Part shown: positions 11,350 through 26,099 of the stretch, piece after piece
Position numbering within the stretch: position 1 is the stretch's first letter
How the letters are laid out: each line of letters starts with the position of its first letter
NCBI GenBank assembly: GCA_951406725.2
Contig: OX597827.1
Coordinates: 25,482,001-25,546,000 of the forward strand
Length of the DNA: 64,000 nt
From: Octopus vulgaris
Taxonomy: Eukaryota
Reading direction: 5' to 3'
Made by a program: the position numbers and the translations under genes
The notes under the pieces: generated by a model
Seen by the model: only the letters and a program-made list of their open reading frames with translations
Database searches by the model: none
Told to the model about the DNA's origin: nothing

Positions 11350-12370
11350 ACACATACAAATACACATATAGTTACACACACACGCGCGCACAAACACATA
11401 TGGGTGTGTATTCCTACTGAGCTTAAATATTGAATGTTGGGCTCTCAGTATCTTTCGTGCAATTTGAACCAAGAGTGTCCTTTCTCTCAGGCTTTTTATA
11501 TCTATCGGTAAATATCCAGAATAACCAATCGGATGGTTTAACACGCTATACTGCATATGAATTCTATACTTCTGTACAAGAAGTATTTGAAACCAATATT
11601 CCTACATAGGAAACTATTCGAAACCAATAATCGTTAGGATTTTCTCAGTTGTAAGTTCTAATAGAGAGCTTTTTACATTATATTCCAATAGTGACCCATT
11701 GTTTTGCAGCTCCCTGCAGAGAAATCGTTATTACATCCGAGAAGAGATTATTTATTGAGATTTTATAAAGCTACATTGACGATAGAATTGTAATCCCGCT
11801 TGAAGCACTTTGATTTCCTTTCTCTAATGGACCCGTACATGGAATAATAAGCGTGGAATTGGCAGCAATTCATTCGCAGCTTCAACAGATCTTACAAAAC
11901 GAACTAAAAGGTGTTTGAAATAAGATCCCGAACTGTTCCAGGAAAAATAGAGGGAGTTGTATTTTCCAACTTGTCACTGAGGCTCTTGACAAAATGAGGA
12001 ATCTGTTTTTTACTCAAAGACATATATCTTGAGGCCTAGTGCTTGTGTTCGGTTACAGTTTGAATTCCATTCTGGATAAATATATTCCCTAATGTTTTCA
12101 TATTGACCAAACCCTTGTGGCTGTTCTTGTGTTTCTTTTTTGTTTTTTGGTTTACCTAACCTCCCGCTCATGTGTATGCTTTAGCGGGGTCGAGGCTCTT
12201 GCAAACATTGTAGTCAAGACTCACATTTGAGGCAAATTTCCGCCATCCTTCCACCAGGTTTGAAATCCTTGTAAAGGGTCGTAACGACACTCTACTTCCA
12301 GGAAATAGGTTATTAATATATTAGCTGCAAATTATGGTACAAGCCAAACAAGTTCAGGGGAAGGGCTATG

Positions 12371-12449
<79 letters not shown>

Positions 12450-12456
12450 CTGTCTG

Positions 12457-12543
<87 letters not shown>

Positions 12544-12744
12544 GCATATGTGGGCACAGGATGTCAAGAAACGTGTACAACAAAAACTACGAACCATGCA
12601 TACATGGAACATGAACTATTCTTTCGAACAACGAAAGACACACATGGAAGACTCAACAAACCACATACAGAACGACCTTTCATCAGTTGTTGGCTGTTTC
12701 TCTAGTCTCGTATTTCGAGCATTCAACAACAATATACGCTTTCG

Positions 12745-13120
12745 ATCCCAGCACTCAACTGGTTCTTATTTCATCGACTTCGTAAGGATAAAAGGAAATG
12801 ACTATGTCGGCGGAATTTGAACTCAGGAAGTAAAGACAGACGAAATACACCTGGCAATGTTCTCTAGCGTACTAACAATTTTGCCATCTCACTGCCCTAG
12901 GTTACAAAAAATATTAATGTTGGTACAAGGCCAGCAATTTCGGGGGAGGAGCTAAATGATTACGAGAACCCTCGTGGTTAACTACTCCTTATTTTATCGA
13001 CTTCGTAAGGATGAAAGGTAAACTCGGTCTCGGCGGAATTTGAACTCAAAAAGTAAAAATGGACGATACGCCGCTAAACATTTTGCCTGGCGTGCTAACG
13101 ATTCTGCCAGTTCGTCGCTT
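12745..13120 (-). mobile_element. Two adjacent copies of a second tRNA-derived SINE family (Nin/Deu-like core)
   Basis: The + strand motif is ATCGAC..GAAAGGATGAAAGG..GTCGACCTCGGCGGAATTTGAACTCAG..CTGCCAGCTCGCCGCC. Other copies lie at ~20585-20775, 27600-27770, 38900-39245, 41725-42350, 48975-49368, 59430-59646 and, on the + strand, 52681-52860 and 59707-59885. Confidence 0.85.
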
Positions 13121-14322
13121 TAGGTTCCAAAAACCATTAACCCTATATCATCATTTTTCGTCTATTTTGAAACGATGAATACATCAACCTCAAATGGCAA
13201 AATCCATCTTGCTGGACAGAAAGATGGTTTTACAGGGTCTTTTTTTTATTTTGTTGACGTCACACCCAAGGAAAAAATAACATTGAATATGAATAAGAGC
13301 GAATGTTTCATTTCTCTTTGAGCAGTGATAATTCACTGCTCTTCCCAAGTGAGTCTAACTTGATGAACCACGCGTCGTTGTGTCTACAAATAAAGCGTGA
13401 GACTTCAACATAACGTGTCTAGAATTTTCTTAGTAGCATCGATTGGTTATATTTCTTCTTCTAATTTGTCTTTTATATATTTTTTTGTGACCGAACAATT
13501 TTTCGTGTATTTTTTCGTATTTTTCTATTCTTGTCAAAACAAAAAAAAAAAAATAAATAAACACCCCCAAAAAACTAATGAATAAAATAGTAACACAAAA
13601 GAGCTGCAACTTTATTTTTAAATTTCGATGTGTGTTATGGGAGTGAAGCACGAAATTCTATCCATAAACACGGCCATTCTTTGCTGAAGTAATCAATATA
13701 GGTTTATAATTTTGTTCGGACGTTAAAAGAAATGATTAGAACCGAGGTCAGGGGAGGAGGATAAATATTCCTGATGCGGAATCAGACGGGAGACCTGAAT
13801 TGCTTCGCTTAGTTAACATTGATATGACAGCATTCATTATAACAATAAGATTTATGAATGAAGACTGTGATTGTTCATTTATTCAGAAATATGATGTAGT
13901 TGTATAAATGTTCTTGAGAGCAGCTTATATGTAAATAAAAAAGACTCTGTAGATAACTTATGGCAGATATGAAGGGGTCCATTTCGGTTTTATCTTCTAA
14001 GAACCAATAAATACAGCGGAGAAATTTGCTTCTTGTTTTCTTCTTTCTTCTGCCTGGTTCCTTTCACTGAATGTAGGAATAGAGATACATTTAATTTAAG
14101 TATATTTACGGTATTGCAATGGCGATACAGCCTGCAGCATATCGACTAAATCATAGTAATCTGTTGCATGGAGATCAGGGAGATTAGAATGTATTAGAAA
14201 TACTCACTGATACTTGAGATGTATGAGTTGCGTGAGTATCGACGATTTTAGAACTGTAGATATTAATATTCCGTATATGATATTGCATGATATTACACGA
14301 ATAACAACAGACACACGCGTAT

Positions 14323-14371
<49 letters not shown>

Positions 14372-15339
14372 TAGATAAATAGACATGTATGAACAACGAG
14401 TAAAACTACGGGGGTACATTCGCCTAGAGAGATATCATATGGATATCATACATGCACACGTGCACACACACACACACTCACATTCGTTAGCTGATGAGGG
14501 TTTCAGTCGCTACTCGGAGTTTATCAATATTTTACTGATAAGCAGAAAACATGTCTTCTAAATTTTTACTGCAATAAAGCTGCAAAAATTGCCCGGGTTT
14601 ATAGGGAAGGTTTTCTGACTGACTCCTTTTCTGACTCTCATAATGCTATTTATCTCGTGTATGAAGACTCGATCCATCGCTGAACATCAAATCCGGGTGA
14701 TTAGTTGATGCGTCTATGAGATATGATATAACAGTCAAAGGTTAGTTCAATCAATGGTGTGCCAGCTTCTTTTCTTTACTTCAATTGAAGGCGTTCAGTA
14801 CTTTCACTTCAAGTAAAGGAGCTCTACTAAGGTTGAAGTTTCTGGTGGTGAGTTGTAGTTTTCGGGTTTTAATGCCATTAACACGGAGTGTCTGATAGCT
14901 GAAACGTTGGCTCAACACTGGAATAGCAAGATCATTGTGGGTTGATGTTTCATTGTGTACATTAAGTTAGCTCTGCGTTCTGTCGTTGAGAAAAACACAT
15001 CATTTCACGTTGCTCCAGCCCGATCATTAGAAAATGTGTAACCTGGCGACGGATTGGCTTACAAGAGTGAAATGATGACTCACAAAAACCACCCGAATAG
15101 ATGTTTCGGGGGCCACGTTTTGTATTCAGCAATCAAAAGGATGAATAGCCCAAACTCTTCTGTGAATTCTTGCTGGTTGGGATTTGTTGTTCAACTACGT
15201 CGAGGGTTGAATGAATGAATGAAGCTCTGAAGATCACATTTTTTCAACCGCATGTAATAGTTACAAAAACCATTGTAGGATATATTTTCATCCAGTCTTT
15301 GATATATTTATACCTCGTTGTCGGATACCATGGAAATAG

Positions 15340-15960
15340 CGCATAGAGATGGTTGCTGGACTGTCTAGTAGTGTTTCTGTATATGCTCATCAGTTAGAGC
15401 CATTTGCAAAAGAACTCCATATCCATATCCTTTGATATGCCGTGAGCATATTAAGGTTATTCTTCATATAATTTTGCCCTCCACTTTTATGTAATTTCCA
15501 AACACATTTATGCGTCATGCATGCATTTCTGTTTTCCTCAGAACTACCAATATACCAGTCAGTTTTCATGTACGGAAAGAATAAGTGTTCTAAATTTCAG
15601 CTGCATCTCATTTAAATACTTTATTTGATCTGAAATTATACAATTATTTCCTGTACTCCAGGAATATGTCTCAAGGTGAAGTCAGGTCAACTTGTGTCTT
15701 GGTTATTCTCTGGAAACCTTAGTAAGTTTTGTGAAATCTTTCATCTAAAAGTGCAACCAAATAAGTCCGGCCCCACTTTTGACACGACAGGTTCGTTGAT
15801 TAGAATTTGTATATCTATCAAATCGTTGCCTCTTGTAACCATCACAGTATTCTTGGAGGAGGAGTATATTTTTACTCAATCAGTTCTGATATGGAATTGG
15901 TCGCTTGCTGTTTGTTTCTCTAAGAGTTTTCGGGTAATCGTTATGTTATTCCCTATTGCC
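15340..15960 (-). pseudogene. Possible highly decayed R4/Dong-type LINE RT fragment
   Basis: The minus-strand peptide ISKDMDMEF (~15410-15440) resembles the FSxDIxMEFG motif. The rest is riddled with stops. Confidence 0.3.
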
Positions 15961-16042
15961 TATCGAAGCTCAGATTTTGAATGAATGATCTGTTGTATAA
16001 ATCTATTATGTATTTATGCATATATGTATTATGTGTTTTGTA

Positions 16043-17304
16043 TGTAATGGTATCAAAACGTTTCCGACGAGTTATGTAGCGCACCGACGGAATGCAGCAC
16101 ACAGTTGCGTGCGCAGTGAGAGTTAGCAGCGACATCTGCGAGGCAGTGTGCTGAGTGACATCGCTGTGAAATTTGTGTTTTTGTGATCACGTGTATGCTG
16201 TAGTCTGCGATCTCCTTATGCTCAGGAAGTTTGGACAATGAGCCAGGGTGAAAGTTTGTGTTCAACTTGGGAAGTCTGCTGCGGCCATATTGAGCATGCT
16301 TCGGCAAGCTTACGGCAACGAGACAATGAGTCGTACGCAATGTTCCTAATGGCACGGGTGCTTCAAAAGCAGAGGAACCTTCCTGGAAGATGACGAGCGA
16401 TCTGGAAGAACTGTCACGAGTGCCACCACCGGAAATGTGCAGAAAATTCTTCAGCTTGTGCATGAGGATCGGCGGAGAATATCAACGACTGATGTAGTTG
16501 GTCTGTCGTATGGGTCCGTGTAGGTAATCCTAACGCCTGAATAGAACATGCAACATGTCTCTGACCAGTTTGTCCCCCGACTGCTGGCCACTAAGCAGAA
16601 AGACCATCGCATCGAAGTCTGCCAAGATCTCCGTCAGCGTACCGCTCATGACCTATTCTTTGATCATCAACAGTGACGAGAGTTGGGTCTATGACCGTGA
16701 GACGAAGCAGCTTTTCATCTCCACGACCGAAGAAGGCGCGACAGAGCCACAGCTCAATCAAGAGCATGCTCATCGTGTTTCTCGACATCCGTGGTGTTAC
16801 GCATTGAGAGTTCGTCCCCGCCCAGGCCCAGACTGTCAGTCGAGGGTTCTACTACAACGTTTTGAAGCGTTTGAGGTGGGACGTTCGGCGAAAGCAACCA
16901 GACCTGTGGAGCGCAAAGAATTAGATTCTTCATAACGACAACGCACCCTGTCATCGAACTCTCCTCAATCGTGATTTTCTCGCCACAAACAACATGGTGT
17001 CGCTTCTGCACTCACCTTATTCACCAGCTTTATCATCCATAGACTTTCATCTCTTCCACAAGATGAAAAGACAGCTCAAAGATCGCCGTTTTAACACGTT
17101 TGTCGAGATCTGAAGTGAATCGCAAGGAGGTCCTCGACCCCCGTGGGGATTGCCAAGCCGAATTCTCCAAAAGTTCCAGGAGCGCTAGAACTGGTTTATT
17201 GCTGCGCAAGGTGACTATTTCGAAGGAGGTATTGTTAGAACTTGCGTATGTTATTTTTTCTTTATTAAATATAACTAGTCCGGGAACGTTTTGATACCTC
17301 CTCG
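16043..17304 (+). mobile_element. Decayed full-length mariner element (~1.26 kb)
   Basis: TIR GGTATCAAAACGTT(T/C)CCG at both ends with flanking TA. Broken transposase motifs: LEDDERSGR, NSDESWVYD, ILHNDNAPCH, HSPYSPAL. Confidence 0.88.
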
Positions 17305-17904
17305 TATATATTTGTGAGTAACGCATCTATGCACTTATACATGTATGTATTTATGTATGTATGTGTCGATATATGTATATGGGATTGTATCGATCTATTA
17401 CGGGAGAATTCCTTCGTTGAACTACATTCATTAGTTTATGCAAAATTATATGACACGTGACTGGTGGAGGAGCCACTGGAATTATAGAAAATGATTAGGC
17501 GTTTACATGCTCTTCAGAATTAGTTGTCTTTAACAATCGTATTCATCCGGGCTATTTCAACACGAACTATATTACAGGATATGCTCCGACATCGTGCTCT
17601 GTAACATTCATGAGCAGACTTTGCTCTGCTTGTGAGAAACTTTCTCAAGGAGCAAGTAATAAAATAGATGTACAAATACCTTTGGGAACCGAAGACATCT
17701 TAACATATTAAACTGAATTCTGCCGTATCGGACTACTGGATCATATAATGAGATCAATTAAATGAACAGCATCCAACTATGGCGATGTATATTATGATGC
17801 CCTTTTCTATGTCAAATGGCAGTAAGAATCATGTCATGTTGTGCCTCCGACCGTGTTCTTAGGCTAGTTCCCTTTTGCAGTTTAGATTTTGACATTGATT
17901 TGAC

Positions 17905-20168
17905 AAATATTTAATTCAGATCCACTCTCGCCTCTTTATCTAACAGAAAGTTAATATAGAATCCCGAAATAGTAACTAAATGTTTATTATTTCTGAAGTC
18001 TACCAAAAATAATACATTTACATTCTTTCACAGAACAACAACAACAAAAAAAGAAAAAAAGAAAAGAAACAGAAATTGAATGAGGGAATCATAAATGCTG
18101 AACACAAAACAGGAGAATGACTTTAATTGTAATTTTCTCTTTTAAATTTCATATAATAAAAGCGATTTAGTAGTTTTTGCTATGTCAGTCATATTTGCTC
18201 TTGTATTTTGGGAAATTTCAAATTCACAGCTGAGAGAAAAAAACAAAAAGAATTCGTTTGGAATTTACAGTGAAGCATTATCATTGTTTAGAGTAAAACT
18301 AAAACAATTTCACGTCATGTTTTCTACTTAGACATAGCTTAAAATTGCACTTAATTTGATGTCTGCCTCTTTTCTCTTTCCTGTACACATATCTACGAAA
18401 CATCACTATATCACTAAGTTCAGTGATAAATATTGAAGACTAAATTAATATTATTTTGAGAAAGAAGACAAATAAATATTTGAAAACGTAAACAGATTTC
18501 ACTAAATTGAAATATAAGTTCACTTGGTTAAAATAAAATTAAATTGTTTAGAACTACAAAATAAACAGAGAAATGCACATATTGAGATTTTATAATCAAT
18601 AACAATGTCAATAGAAAATAATTTTTACGTCTAAGAGGATTATTATGTTCCCAGCGCTGTGAATCGTCAATAACAAACCAAACTGTACATAATTTATCCT
18701 ACTTTACAAAGAAATTTTTGAATAGTTTGTCATACAAATTAACTGTTAGTTGTCTCTTTCTTTGTTTTGAAGAGATTTAAATCTGGCTGAAATTAACCAG
18801 TGTCTTGTCCATTATATGTTACAGCACAGTGGCAAAAATACGATCCAAGAATTATTTCCAAATAAAATCTACAATTCTTAGAAATTGTTGATGGTCTGCA
18901 TCAGCAAGAGTTAATATACAGGGGAAAATCTTAAAATATTTCGATAAACTTCAACGACTGTGGAGAGAAATACTAAATTACAAGTTATTCCCCATTTGGC
19001 TGAGAGCGATGAAGGGAGGAAAAGAGCTGTTCTATGTTTAGTTGCAAACAAGTAAACGATATGTGGATGAAACTGCGACAATATATCTCCACAACTTGGT
19101 TTCTATGGCAGAGCAGCAGGAAGGAAACCACCTTTTAAACCAGCCAGTATCAAGTGGAAAAAAGATTGCGTCAGTGAGATGAAGGAGTGGCCGATAGCAT
19201 TTTGGGACACTATCATATTCTCAGATGAGTCCAGATTTACTGAATTTTCTGACAGTGGTTCAGTTTGGGTCTGAAAACTCTGATCAAGGATTTGACGTGA
19301 AAAGATTGCAGCCAACCATGAAACAAGGCAGCTATTCTGTGATGATCTGGGCAGTAATTTGGAGCAATGGTCAATCAGAGCTGGTGGAGAGTGATGGAAA
19401 TACATATTTATCCGAGAAACTCTGATAAATATGTGTCTATATTGCAGAAAGGACTCTTTCCAATCTTCTCCAATGGTGAAATTATTTAAGCAGATTCTTT
19501 ATTTATGTCACACGACTAAAAAGATTCATGATTTGTTGGAAAAGAATGGCATTAAGAAACTTCCATGGCCAAGTCAGTCACCAGATATGAACTATGTTCA
19601 ATACCCATGGGGCATAATGGTCAGGACACTTCACAAAAAGAACAAGAAAGCATCCTCAAAGTCAGACCTTTTGAGATTACTGCATGAAATGTGGCAAGAA
19701 ATTCCGCAAGAGAATATTCATCATCTTATCAGTAGCATGCCTTATAGGATCCTTGAATTGAAGAAATGCAAAGGGTATGTCTATTAAAAATTAAATATTC
19801 ACATCATAATAATTAATATATAATCTGAATGTATAATTTCAGATTTAAATAAATATTATATTTACTTCTGTCATGTGTGCGTGTGTGTATACAATATTGC
19901 GACTAGAAACTCGCGAAGCTCTTACAATACACCTGATTTATGTCATTCTCCAGTTTTGTGTTCAGCATTTATGATTCCCTGATTCATAAGATGTTATTTC
20001 TGTTTCTTTTCTTCTTTTTTCTTTTTTTGTTGTTGTTGTTCTGTGAAAGGATGTAAATGTATTATTTTTGGTAGGCTTCAGAAATAATAAACGTTTAGTT
20101 ACTATTTCGGGATTCTATATTAAATTTCTGTTAGATAAAGAGGTGAGAGTGGATCTGAATTGAATATT
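17905..20168. repeat. ~215-bp inverted repeat pair (17905-18121 / 19942-20168) enclosing a Tc1 remnant
   Basis: The arms are reverse complements with scattered substitutions and one ~10-bp indel. Confidence 0.9.
19095..19787 (+). pseudogene. Tc1-family transposase remnant
   Basis: KPPFKP..WDTIIFSDESRF..PTMKQGSYSVMIWAVI..LPWPSQSPDMNYVQYPWG..SMPYRI, with stops and frameshifts. Confidence 0.88.
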
Positions 20169-21982
20169 GTTGATGCCTTTCACCATTGATATGCCTCATA
20201 ATTAATTACACATATTTGAGGCTATGACCAATATGTACAGGAAATAACTGAACGGAAGGACAACTCCGGAAAATATTCACATAATTACTAAATATGCACA
20301 TATTTATCTTAAGGTAAATTGTTTAGATATATAGAAGCTGCTGCAACTAATTTCTTCAAGCAGTGGAAAAAGAGGTATCTTCGAGAGAAGTTTTTATATA
20401 AATAGAATTCTACTACCGGAGATTTTATGTGACATTGGTGGACGGCAATCCCCAATCCAACTGTGTAATATTTACTTCAATTTGGCTTCACTCTAGAAGC
20501 TTTTTTTATCGACAGGGTGAATGGAGTACCGTCTTCATTTTCTACTTCAATCCCGTCACGTATATTGGATTCAAAATTTTGACGCAAGGTAAACAATTTT
20601 GAGGAGAGAGTAAGTAGATTACATCCGCCCCAGTGCTCCACTGGTACTTATTTTATCCACCTCGAAAGGATGACAGACATAGTAGACGTCGCTGGAATTT
20701 GAACTTAGAAGTAAAAACCGGCGAATTTCTGCATTTTGCCCTGCGTGATGTCGATCCTGCCAGCTCGCCGCCCTAACTTTTCGCCATCTATATTAAACCA
20801 TCGAGTTTTAAGATACAAGATCTAATCACCCTGGGTTTGTTTAGAAATATTTCAAGCACTTCAGGTCTCATACTAAACTGGAGACCTGTTTGTCTATAAA
20901 TAAATAAAAAAAAAAGCATTTTACTACGCTTGATATCACGCATAACGGTGAGCCATTCCAATTCCAGTCAATTGCAAACCCAATTTAGAGACGGGGAACT
21001 ACAATTTACATAATACACCTAATATAATTCCTTAATTATTGTTTACTTAAAACATCCTCAGATTTCGTAGTGTGTATAGATCAATTTATACAGAATTTAT
21101 ATCGATTTCTAATATATCTCTATCGATTTATATATCCTATTAAACCTGTTCATTGTTTTCTTCATATAATACCTACATTATCTAACATGCTCCAACTACT
21201 TTCCTCTCATTTATTCATGGTTCGCTTAAAAAACTAATAGAATTTTCAGTGCTACCAAATCCTCGACACAAATGGTATCTCTATTTACTTCCCATGTGAT
21301 TTTCTCAGATACTTTTGCATCAGTACTTCGTCATGAAATCTTAAAGGTAACGCGGGTTATCTTCTCCTGATGGCATCATGATGGGTTGAAATGATCCGTG
21401 AATTATGGACAGACTAGCTCTAAGAATATTTTTATGTTTTTTTTATATATCATTGTTATATAGTTTTATTTATTTCCTTGACCGATATCCGCTCCATTTG
21501 AAGTCCAAGTGTTATATAGATGTTGACTTAAAATTCTTTACACATAAGTCGTGAATGTTATTCTACAGCTTCGGTTCATTTTAATTCACATTTCTGCAAG
21601 GATTTGATCTGAACAAAATTTCATGTTGTGAAGTTGAACATACTTTCTCAACAGAATATATAATACAACTAATTATATATCAGAAAACTAGCTCGTTAAC
21701 AAAATCGCTATTAGTGATGAAAGCTGTATTTATACCGAGAAGTAGCGTTTATCGCCACCTATCGTGGGTGTTCTCAGATGACAGTCGACAGTGTTATTTT
21801 AACCCCAGGAGGACGCCTCCTGCAGTTGGTTGTTCAGTGCTCCTCGGCAGGACATATATTGCAAGCGAGGAGAGAATTCTTTATGTATTTGTAATATTGT
21901 ATTTGTAATACGTGTCGTATGTGTCTCATTTTCCCTTTCAGCCACACTAACCTCTTGCAACATCCAATTCCTTATTTTCACA

Positions 21983-22357
21983 TCTTTATATATAAAAGTA
22001 AGGTTGTCTCTACGATTTAGATTCCTAACTACTCCCACATTTTGCGGTGCAGTTTAACCAAAACCGGGTATCTTATGGTCGTGATTCATATCGAACCCTT
22101 CTGGGTATTAGCGCGCGTCTACGATGAGTCTACGATTTAAAAAAAACTTATCATCATTTTTTTCCATTTTAATGCATTTTTTCGCTATTATATAAGGGAT
22201 GTAACTCTCTAAAAATGTCTACGATGAGTCAACGATTTAAAAAAAAATTACCATAATTTTTTTTCCATTTTTTGCCTTTTTTTGGCTATAACTCTCTAAA
22301 AATGCTTATATAATTATTTCCCTTACAAATCCGAGCAATGCCGGGCGATACTGCTAG
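21983..22357 (+). mobile_element. Complete non-autonomous Helitron (375 bp)
   Basis: 5' A|TCTTTATATATAAAAG. A subterminal GC hairpin (TCCGAGCAATGCCGGG) precedes the 3' CTAG|T. No TSD. Internal ~90-100 bp subrepeats begin GTCTACGATGAGTC. Confidence 0.82.
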
Positions 22358-22537
22358 TTTTAACTATAATAATGGAAAATTATTTTGTGCGAGTCGTCTT
22401 CATACGTAACTATCATGATCACAAGCTACTAACGTTAAAACACTTTTCTTTAATCTTCAGTATTGAGGTCATATAATTCTACACTCATTGTTTTACTTTC
22501 CCGAAATAAATATGTACCTCTATTCAATAAGAATGCT

Positions 22538-22618
<81 letters not shown>

Positions 22619-22849
22619 CATATATATTCAACTTGTTTCAGTCCTTTGACTGCGGTCGTGCTGGGGCACAGCCTTGAAGGAATTTAGTCAAACAAATTGA
22701 ACTTAAAGCATATTTTTTCTATTACTTATTTTGTCAGTGTCCTTGTCGAACCTCTACGTTACAGGAATCGAAATACATCATCACTAGTTGTCATGCGGTG
22801 GTGTGAAACAAACACGGAAACAAAGACATACATACATCGTTAAATGTGA

Positions 22850-23082
22850 CTAGACGCATATATATGTTGGTACGACTTTCGTCCCCATTGCAGTGCCTGA
22901 TATTTGTAGATAATATAGATCATCAAAGAATAAGTTGTTGTTTTCTAGTTCTATCTGTAAACCTTCAAGTACAAATTCTTTTGAGACTCTCTCCTGAATT
23001 CTTTGTGGGTTTTTGTTTATCCAGAATTCCACTCCTTCTACTCCATATATATGGGGAATAATTGTGTAGAGACAATTTACGT
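22850..23082 (-). pseudogene. Penelope-like reverse transcriptase fragment
   Basis: LYTIIPH..G..FW..LENNNLFFDDLYYLQISGTAMGTKVVPTY covers RT motifs A to B' of Penelope-like elements. Confidence 0.88.
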
Positions 23083-23274
23083 ATGTGTGTATATGTATAT
23101 ATATATATATATATATATACATATATGACGGGCTTTTTAGTTTCTGTCTACCAAATCCACTTACACGGTTTTGGTCGGCCCAGTGCTATAGTAGAAAACA
23201 CTTGCCGAGGTGTTACGCGCTGGGAGTGAAACCAATACCATGGGTATATATATGTATAACTAACTAACTTCACA

Positions 23275-23317
<43 letters not shown>

Positions 23318-24140
23318 ACACACACATATATATATATAGATATATATGCCAGTTTAAATTCATCACTACTTGATTTTTTAATCAGTCCCAAATGTTATAT
23401 GTATCATTATCTACGAAAACTGGAATCCATAATTTGCTCTTTGATCAGTCACAAGCAGATTGTTGCATATTCATTGTCTACAACAATCTTGTTTTTGCAT
23501 CTTTCCTGACATCCATACTTATTTTCACGTATAAATCATTCATATTCATTTAATAATCATATGGATATCTATCTATAGAAAACCTCAACGCAAACTCTAA
23601 TATTATAAGCAATAACGAACGATATTTATAATCACCGACTTCATTTAATTCTTTCCATATTAATTTCCATACAAACGTATAATATTTAACATTTTAATCT
23701 CTTATGAAATAATTTTATAGATTATTTTATTTGTCTCAGTTACCAAAACGTTCTAACGAACGGTTACATGAAACGGAATAACTGTGTGAAGTTTTTCGGC
23801 TTCAATAAAATAGTATTATATTCTTCTTTTGGTATTGGTCTCTTATTTAGCCACACCTAGGTTTGCACGTATATGCTTACCTGTGTACGTGCGTATGTGT
23901 GTCTGTGTTCATGTGTATGTGTGTGCATATGTATAGATATACACGTGCATATGTAAATATATACATATGTACATATATACATATGTATATATATGTATGT
24001 GCATATACATACATATATATATAAATATATACATATATTATACACATATATACACACACACATACGCAAACACACACGCACATATATATACCTGTAAATA
24101 TATACACATATAGAAACACAAACATAAAAGTGTGTGTATA

Positions 24141-24187
<47 letters not shown>

Positions 24188-24927
24188 TACATATTCTTTT
24201 ATATTTTAATAGACGGCAAAGTTGTTAACACGATAATTACTCTAACTAATAAAATAAAAAATGAAAAATATGCTGAGTTGGAGAGAATGGTATACCTATT
24301 TCCTTTCTCATACACTGACTTAAACTTCTACTAATAGCATCTACTAAACTAACGATCCTCATAATTCGATTCAGTTATTGCAAACGACTCGCCCTCAAAT
24401 ATGTGTTTCGTGTTCATTTTATAGCATAGAAGTGAAAGTTTCCGTTAATATCAATCTAAATAGGCGCCATCACAGATGGATCTTTCTGAAAATCTCTAGC
24501 TAAAACGATATTAAAGTTGTGAAAACTCTGCGCAAAAGGTTTCCTTCTGATAACATTGGAAAAGTGGTTAAAAATAATATAAAACGAAAATATATTCACA
24601 TAAAATAAAAGACTAAAAATGGCGGAAAAAGAGAGATTGTCAAGTAAAAATTGAAGCTTGAATCGATTATCGTATTTTAGTAGCTGGTTTGATTATTTTG
24701 TCACCTAATATTGTCTTCAGGAAATAACGGTAATAACAGCAGGCGCCTAATCGTCTCAGTTCTCTCTCTATCTCTTAATTTCTCGTTGTCCCTTCTTTCA
24801 CTTTTTCTCTAACCCACGCGCACACACACACTCTCTCTCTCTCTCCATTATGTATTTCTTACTATTCCTTCTCTCTTTTTCTTTCTTCCCTTATACTTCA
24901 TGTTAGTAATGGAGGATATGCATGTAT

Positions 24928-24969
<42 letters not shown>

Positions 24970-25280
24970 CATATACATGCATATATATATATACGCATAT
25001 ACAACGACATATATTTTTATACATATATAATGTATATATATACATATATATATATGTATATGTATGTATATATGTATGTATATACGACGACATATATATA
25101 TATATACATATATATATGTGTGTATACATATACATATATATATATATATATATGTGTGTGCGTGTGTGTAAATTTACATATGCACTTATATTATTATCCA
25201 ACATTTCCTTCTGCTTCAATTCTCTATAACCACCTTGCTGTTTAATCTACCACTTCTTGTTATTCTTATTATGCTTTTTG

Positions 25281-25386
25281 TTGTTGACACTGTTGTTGTT
25301 GTTGCTGTTGTTGTTGTTTTTCTCCTTCTTTTTCCTCGCCTTCTTCTTCTTCTTCTTCTTCTTCTTCTTCTTTTTCTTCTTCTTCG
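25281..25386. repeat. (GTT)n/(CTT)n trinucleotide tract
   Basis: Directly visible. Confidence 0.95.
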
Positions 25387-25852
25387 CCATCGTATTGTAC
25401 TTCTTATTTTTCTTCCTTACATCTTCCTGTTCAATTTCTCAATAGCTTATCTATTCCTCTATACATGAATATCCCTACACTTACCTGTGCACATAAGTAC
25501 ACATACCGTACTTGCATTTACATTCTAAAGAAACTCTACATACTCACACACATACACGCATACACACGTCATATCGTTCGCTATCGAATAGATGCATACG
25601 CAGAGCAAAACGCACGCGCTCTTGCATCGTTATTTACGAGTATTTCGAATTACGTTTGCGAATGTATCAAAAAGAGATTATACGAGTCTATAACTGCCAC
25701 AACGTACTTCACAAGCAACACTGCTACAGCCATACTCTGCTGCTGTTGATGCTGCTGCTGATGACGTGGTGGTTGTTTGAAAGCAAATAAACATATATCG
25801 TATATAATATATCTGCATATTTGATATCTCAGCGGAATGTTTTATACGGTTT

Positions 25853-25925
<73 letters not shown>

Positions 25926-26049
25926 GTATATTCATATATATATGCACGTATATATGTGTATATATATATACTTATATATACATATGAATATATGTATGAA
26001 TATATTGTGCATATGTATATATATGTATATATACGCTATATATTTATGG

Positions 26050-26099
<50 letters not shown>

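Noticed and set aside
11760-11800. YIDD tetrapeptide as an RT active site
   Set aside because: No supporting upstream RT motifs in frame. It may be a very old fragment but cannot be supported.
14491-14520. Isolated CTGATGA words (also ~15390 minus, ~30403, and CTGACGA ~37878)
   Set aside because: No three-helix fold with GAAA, and such words are expected by chance.
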